NCBI GenBank assembly: GCA_051313645.2
Contig: JBNRSN020000030.1
Span: 37,944,001 to 38,008,000 of the forward strand
Reading direction: 5' to 3'
DNA: 64,000 bases
Source: Centroscyllium fabricii
Lineage: Eukaryota
Shown: piece by piece, positions 61,641 to 64,000 of the stretch
Numbering within the stretch: position 1 is the first letter of the stretch
How the letters are laid out: each line of letters starts with the position of its first letter
The notes under the pieces: model-generated
What the model saw: the letters and a program-made list of their open reading frames with translations, nothing else
The model's database searches: none
What the model was told of the DNA's origin: nothing
Translations under genes and position numbers: made by a program

Positions 61641-62992
61641 GTACCCTCCAAGGGCCTTCACATCCTTCCCAAAGTGTGGCGACCTGATCTGGATGCAATA
61701 ATCTGGTTGCGGCCTGACCGGTGTTTTATAAACAATCAGATAACTTCTCTACATTTGTACTCAATACCTCTATTTATGAAGCACAATATCCCATACGTTT
61801 TGTCATCCACTCTCTCCACATGACCTGCCACCTTCAAGAACCTATGCACATTAACTCCCAGGTACAAGTCTCCCTGCACAATCTTTAAAACTGTGCCATT
61901 ATGTGTATATTGCCTTTCACTGTTCCTTCTGCCAAAATGTGTCATCTCACACTTCTCTGTAGTAAATTCCATCTGCCACCTGTCTGCCATACTTTCTATG
62001 AACTGCTGCAGTCGAGTGGTATTATCCTCACTCTGTGTTACACCTCCAGGTTTGGTGCCGTGGTCATATATAGAAATTCTGCTTTGTATTGCAATATCCA
62101 GGCCATTTATAAATATCACAAAAGTCATGACACCAGCACTGCCACTTGGGGAACAACACTGTCTACCATCATCGAGTGTGATAAACAGCCACTTACCACA
62201 ACTCGCTGTTTCCTATTCTTAAGCCAATTCCATATTCAAGCTGTCACTGACCCACCTATTCCATCAGCCTCAATTTTGTTAACCAGCCTTCTATGCGGTA
62301 ATTTGTCAAACGACTTACTAAAATTCTTGTCGACAAATTCCATGCATTTTATTCTGTGCAATCTTAAGCGAACATCCCCAGTTTTGTAATTATTTTGCAA
62401 GCAAGGTTATTGCTGAACCAGCTGATAATCGCTGGGACTAGGAAACTATCCTGCATCGACCCCTCATGAATTTGAAGAACTCTATCAGATCTCCTCGCAA
62501 TCTTCTCTGTTCTAAGGAGAACAACGACAAATTCTCCAGTCTACCAATAACTGAAGTCGCTCATTCCTCGGAACCTGCTTGTAAATCTTTACTGCCATTA
62601 CATCGTCCCAAAAATGTTGTCCCCAGAATCCACCAGCTGAGGCCTCAGCAGTGATGTATAACGGATTAGCATTACTGCCTTGCTGTTGTAATCTATTGCT
62701 CTATTAATAAAGCCAAGTATCCCGTGTGCTTTTTAAAAGCCTTCTCAACTTGTCCCGCCACCTTCAACGATAGAGAAACCTTTGGTAAATCCAGGTCTCT
62801 CTGTTCCTGCACACGATTTAAAATTGAATTATTTAGTTTATATTGCCTCAGTTCATTCTTCCCCTCAAAGTGCATCACTTCACATTTCTGTTAAATTACA
62901 TTGGCTATGCCTCTGCCCATTTCTCAACTCTGTCGATATCCTCATGATGTCTGATACTTTCCGTATCGTTATTTACTACATTTCTGAGTTTC

Positions 62993-63380
62993 ATAGAAAC
63001 ATAGAAACTAGGAGCAGGAGTAGGCCATTCGGGCCTGCTCCGCCATTCAATGAGATCATGGCTGATCATCCAAACCCAGTATCCCGCCCCTGCCCTCTCC
63101 CCCAATCCCTCGATCCCTATTGAGCCTGCATCAACACATATTCCACCCTATCCCCGTACATTCAATCCCCCTAACACTAAGGGTCACTTTATCATGGTCA
63201 ATCAACCTAGCCCCCACATCTTTGGACTGTGGGAGGGAACCGGAGCACCCGGAGGAAACCCACGCAGACACGCGGAGAATGTGGAAACTCCACACAGATA
63301 GTACCGAGGCTTGATTTGATCCCGGGTCTCCAGTGCTGTGAGGCAACAATGCTAACCACTGTGCCACCGTGCCGCCCACC
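62993..63380 (-). mobile_element. HE1-like V-SINE (duplicate of 32665-33068)
   Basis: Same site and GTTTC TSD. Confidence 0.9.
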
Positions 63381-63674
63381 GTTTCCTGTCACATGCAAAC
63401 TTTGAACGTATGCCGAGTACACACAAGTCCATGTCATTAATATATATCGAAAGGAGCAGGGGTCCTGATTCCGACCCCTGGGGAACACCTCTCTAGACTT
63501 CCCTCCAGTCTGAAAATTAACCGTTCACCAATATTTGCAATTAACACACGAGCACAGCATCGTGCTCATTCTATAAATACACATTTATATATAAACACCA
63601 GACCCATATACACAACAACAAAAACACCTTGCATATATATAGTGCATTTAAATTATTAAAACGTCCCAATACAT

Positions 63675-64000
63675 ACCTGCGTGCTCGCCTTCAGCGACTG
63701 GTGCACAAGAACACCCAGGTCTCTTTGCACCTCCCCATCTCCCAATCTATTGCCATTTAAGTATTAATCTACCCTCCTGTTTTTGCCCCCAAAGTGGATA
63801 ACCTCACATTTATCTACATTATAGTGCATCTGCCATCTATCTGCCCAATCCCCCAACTTATCCAAATCACCCTGTAACTTCCTGACACCCTCTTCAGAGC
63901 CCGCCCCCCTCCTAGTTTGGTGTCATCCGCGAATTTGGAGATATTACATTCAATTCCCTGATCCAGATCATTAATATATATTGTAAACAGCTGGGGTCCC
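63675..64000 (-). mobile_element. CR1 LINE RT fragment running off the window
   Basis: Minus strand GPQLFTIYINDLDQGIECNISKFADDTKLGG. Confidence 0.88.

Larger units (their letters stand above)
1..64000 (+). repeat. Degenerate tandem array, ~6.4-6.5 kb core unit (tRNA-Trp, INTS14 fragment, vault RNA, tRNA-Leu pseudogene, tRNA-Val, CR1/solo-LTR debris)
   Basis: The same ordered landmarks recur: tRNA-Trp at 3854, 15496, 20086, 33901, 41988, 48452, 56160; vault RNA at 5194, 21477, 35293, 43376, 49789, 57549. The shortest full period is 6464 bp (41988 to 48452); longer periods are accounted for by identifiable insertions or retained segments. Interrupted at ~7.1-12.2 kb. Confidence 0.95.

Overview
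Eukaryotic, gene-poor DNA, most likely from a cartilaginous fish. This is inferred from HE1/V-SINE elements and shark-type CR1/L2 LINE tails. No intact host protein-coding gene is supported. Most of the window is a degenerate head-to-tail tandem array with a core unit of about 6.4-6.5 kb, expanded to 7.7-13.8 kb by insertions. Each unit carries a cassette of RNA polymerase III genes and relics: tRNA-Trp(CCA) (+), an INTS14/VWA9 coding fragment (+), a vault RNA gene (+; six copies), an old tRNA-Val half (-), a tRNA-Leu pseudogene (-) and tRNA-Val(TAC) (-). These are followed by old CR1/L2 debris containing a solo LTR. Unit-specific younger insertions include a full-length Gypsy (Mag-like) LTR retrotransposon with an apparently self-complementary primer site, a second solo LTR, CR1 and Rex1/Babar fragments, HE1 SINEs and two Harbinger-like MITEs. 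An inverted, more diverged partial unit lies at about 7.4-12.2 kb. The most notable observation is a vault RNA gene amplified as part of a tRNA tandem array. All calls were made by eye against remembered consensus sequences; no searches were run.
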